This document shows, piece by piece, positions 60,456-64,000 of a DNA stretch of 64,000 nt. The position numbers were made by a program, and so were the translations under genes. Within the stretch, counting starts at the first letter, position 1. Each line of letters starts with the position of its first letter. Source of the stretch: Macrostomum hystrix (taxonomy: Eukaryota; Animalia; Platyhelminthes); NCBI GenBank assembly GCA_950097015.1, contig CATNEN010000002.1, positions 8,742,001 to 8,806,000 of the forward strand. The letters are read 5' to 3'. A model generated the notes under the pieces. That model ran no database searches. It saw nothing but the letters and a program-made list of their open reading frames with translations, and had not been told where the DNA came from.

Positions 60456-61189
60456 TTGGAGGTTCCTGAGATGTAGAAGGTCCTGAGTTATTGTTGGGGA
60501 TCGTGAGTTCACAGTGGCCCTCATTTATTTTCAGCTCAGTTAGCGCTGCAAATCCATCTATCTAAATAGAGGCTTTTTGATTTAGAAAACGCAGAAATTA
60601 ATTTTGCCAGAAATTCCTTCTCAATTTTTCACATCAGAAAATCAGGCACGGCGGATGACCGGAGCGGTCGAGCGAACGTTCAAGGAAGGCAAACGCATGC
60701 AATCAATGATAGGCAAAGAGAATTGCTCACTGATTTCGCAAACATCATTTCGGATTTCGTTTTAGGCAATAAAAAAATTCAAAGGTGCTACGAGTTCTGC
60801 TACCTGAGGGAGGCGGAGAAGCCCCTCTTTGGGGGTCTGAAATGGGATTTTTTGGGATTCAATGATGCGGCTGGACTGGGCGGAGGCCGGGAGATGAAGC
60901 TCCGGCTATCATATTTTCATCTATCTGCCGTCCTCTGTTTGTTTCTGAATTTTCCCCTAGAATGGGCATCCAGAAATCCATGGGCACAGCCGCTGATTCT
61001 CAGGAAAATTTTTTTTCATTTTTTGTGTTTCTTTTGCTTCTAAACCCTTTTCGACTCTTCAACTGTGAAATATGATTTGCCGTTTCAATTGCTGCCGGGA
61101 CTCCGCCAGCACCAGCAGGAAATCGGTCAGGCAATGTTTGATTTTGTTTTTCCTGATGCGAAATCTAATTGATCTCAGGGTAGGCAAGC

Positions 61190-62240
61190 CGCGATTCTGG
61201 TACATCATCAGCTGCGATTCTGGTACATCATCTACGGCGATTCTGGTACATAATCAACGGCGATTCTGGTACATCATCTACGGCGATTCTGCTACATCAT
61301 CTACGGCGATTCTGGTACATCATCAACGGCCATTCTGTTACATCATCAACGGCGATTCTGGTACATCATCAACAACGATTCTGGTACATCATCAACAACG
61401 ATTCTCGTACATCATCAACAACGACTCTGGTACATCATCAGCCACGATTCTGGTACATCATCAGCCACGATTCTGGTACATCATCAGCCACGATTCTGGT
61501 ACATCATCAACGGCGATTCTGGTACATCATCAACAACGACTCTGGTACATCATCAGCCACGATTCTGGTACATCATCAGCCACGATTCTGGTACATCATC
61601 AACGGCGATTCTGGTACATCATCAACGGCGATTCTGGTACATCATCAACGGCGATTCTCGTACATCATCAACAACGATTCTCGTACATCATCAACGGCGA
61701 TTCTGGTACATCATCAACGGCGATTCTCGTACATCATCAACAACGATTCTCGTACATCATCAACGGCGATTCTCGTACATCATCAACAACGATTCTCGTA
61801 CATCATCAACGGCGATTCTGGTACATCATCAACGGCGATTCTGGTACATCATCAGCCACGATTCTGGTACATCATCAGCCACGATTCTGGTACATCATCA
61901 GCCACGATTCTGGTACATCATCAACGGCGATTCTGGTACATCATCAGCCACGATTCTGGTACATCATCAGCCACGATTCTCGTACATCATCAACAACGAT
62001 TCTCGTACATCATCAACGGCGATTCTGGTACATCATCAGCCACGATTCTGGTACATCATCAACGGCGATTCTGGTACATCATCAGCCACGATTCTAGTAC
62101 ATCATCAGCCACGATTCTGGTACATCATCAGCTGCAATGCGGGTACATCATCTGCCACGATTCCTGTACATCATCAGCTGCAATGCTGGTACATCATCTG
62201 CCACGATTCCTGTACATCATCAGCTGCAATGCTGGTACAT
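61190..62240. repeat. 23-bp minisatellite (cgattctggtacatcatca[acgg/gcca])n
   Basis: About 45 units. It is the source of the spurious 341-aa ORF. Confidence 0.95.
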
Positions 62241-63079
62241 CGTCAATAGCCATTGTGTAATGTCCAGGTGATCAAGTGGCTTCATTGCCACCGATTGGAG
62301 CTCAATGCAAATTGCGACAAAGTTGTCATTTTTTGTTAATTTACAATCGCTCGGAAATTGCCGAATGGGATTTTTAGCGACTGTCAGACGGGCTGGCAGA
62401 TGGTCAGCGCCTCCGCCAGCTCTTGAAGAATTAGTCAGAAATGCAATTAAGAATTCTCGGCACATTCTTAGGACATCAGTTGAAGCAGCTTTTTTGCAGT
62501 GGCCACTTCATTTTTTTACTTCTTCGAATTTGAACGGCTGGCCTCGGACCGCAATCAGATTCGTGTCACAAGTGGCAACTGTCCGTTTTCTTGACTTCTT
62601 TATAGTCAGTTTTTGATAGATGGCTCCCTGCTTTTGTTTGAGAGATTGTAGTTTTTTGGACCCGGAGGCTGGGACGCAGAACACAACTGAATGGAGGAAC
62701 CCAGGCCTCATTAAAAGGCATTGAGAGATAAGCAGATTGTGTCACACTGCGGCTCTTGACTCCTGACTTTTTTATTGCTTAGAAAGAGATGCGCGCCGGG
62801 CCTTCATCGACCATTTTAGATTCGGTCTTTGAGAGGCCTGCGTAAACAAATAGAGAAAGGAGACGCACGCCAATGGACCCGGTGTCGTAAATTTTGTTAT
62901 TCGAAAAATTCATCTTCTTATGAATCGACTAAGGGCCTTCAATTATAAGGCTTGCCCGTGGTTTGTTGATTTTAAAGATTGCGGGAGTTTCGGCTGTGAT
63001 TTAAAAGATAAGAAAAAATTCTTTGCTTCGGGTGCTTCGGCTAGTGGTCATGATCTCAGATGGGCCTACCCAGGGGCCA

Positions 63080-64000
63080 GCTACGATACCAGTACATCCC
63101 CAGCTACGATACCAGTACATCCCCAGCTATACGATACCTGTACATACCTATACGATAGCTTTACGATACCTGTACATCCTCAGCTATATGATACCTGTAC
63201 ATCCTCAGCTATATGATACCTATAGATCCTCAGCTATATGATACCTGTACATCCTCAGCTATATGATACCTGTAGATCCTCAGCTATATGATACCTGTAC
63301 ATCCTCAGCTATATGATACCTGTACATCCTCAGCTATATGATACCTGTACATCCTCAGCTATATGATACCTGTACATCCTCAGCTATATGATACCTGTAG
63401 ATCCTCAGCTATACGATACCTGTACATCCTCAGCTATATGATACCTGTACATCCTCAGCTATATGATACCTGTACATCCTCAGCTATATGATACCTGTAC
63501 ATCCTCAGCTATATGATACCTGTACATCCTCAGCTATATGATACCTGTACATCCTCAGCTATATGATACCTGTAGATCCTCAGCTATACGATACCTGTAC
63601 ATCCTCAGCTATATGATACCTGTACATCCTCAGCTATATGATACCTGTACATCCTCAGCTATATGATACCTGTACATCCTCAGCTATATAATACCTGTAC
63701 ATCCTCAGCTATATGATACCTGTAGATCCTCAGCTATATGATACCTGTACATCCTCAGCTATATGATACCTGTACATCCTCAGCTATATGATACCTGTAC
63801 ATCCTCAGCTATATGATACCTGTACATCCTCAGCTATATGATACCTGTACATCCTCAGCTATATGATACCTGTAGATCCTCAGCTATATGATACCTGTAC
63901 ATCCTCAGCTATATGATACCTGTACATCCTCAGCTATATGATACCTGTACATCCTCAGCTATATGATACCTGTACATCCTCAGCTATATGATACCTGTAC
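63080..64000. repeat. 25-bp minisatellite (gatacctgtacatcctcagctatat)n, running off the window end
   Basis: Tandem units are directly visible. Confidence 0.97.

Noticed and set aside
52780-62097. KKVQG, RNGLLIYS, SKNSGPPRT and SGTSS repeat ORFs
   Set aside because: All are minisatellite translations, with no domain signal or splice support.

Overview
Eukaryotic, intron-containing, very minisatellite-rich DNA. An invertebrate such as a flatworm (e.g. Macrostomum) is plausible, but that is inference only. (1) 1-29.3 kb: a tandem cluster of five intact two-exon, minus-strand genes for secreted ~336-339 aa proteins with a signal peptide, a PAN/apple-like segment and a LamG/concanavalin-A-like domain. 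They fall into two subtypes (A x3, B x2), and five pseudogene relics of the family lie among them. A recent tandem segmental duplication (4983-19353 copied as 19353-29194) shaped the cluster. One copy carries an intact piggyBac element and the other keeps the empty site. Each copy also holds a decayed PXA-domain (sorting-nexin-like) sequence. (2) 30-32.4 kb: a hAT-Charlie/Buster-type non-autonomous element inflated by an internal 16-bp satellite. (3) 35.4-43.9 kb: a 15-exon plus-strand gene, absent from the ORF track, for a ~491 aa protein built of [N/D]P[V/L/I]TG repeats. All 14 introns are phase 1 and there is roughly one motif per exon. (4) 44-64 kb: mostly minisatellite arrays (7-33 bp units, one with higher-order structure) and no convincing gene. 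A tRNA-derived SINE family is dispersed through the window. No rRNA, true tRNA gene or CRISPR array was found. All alignments, splice models and domain calls were made by eye and need computational confirmation; array boundaries are approximate.
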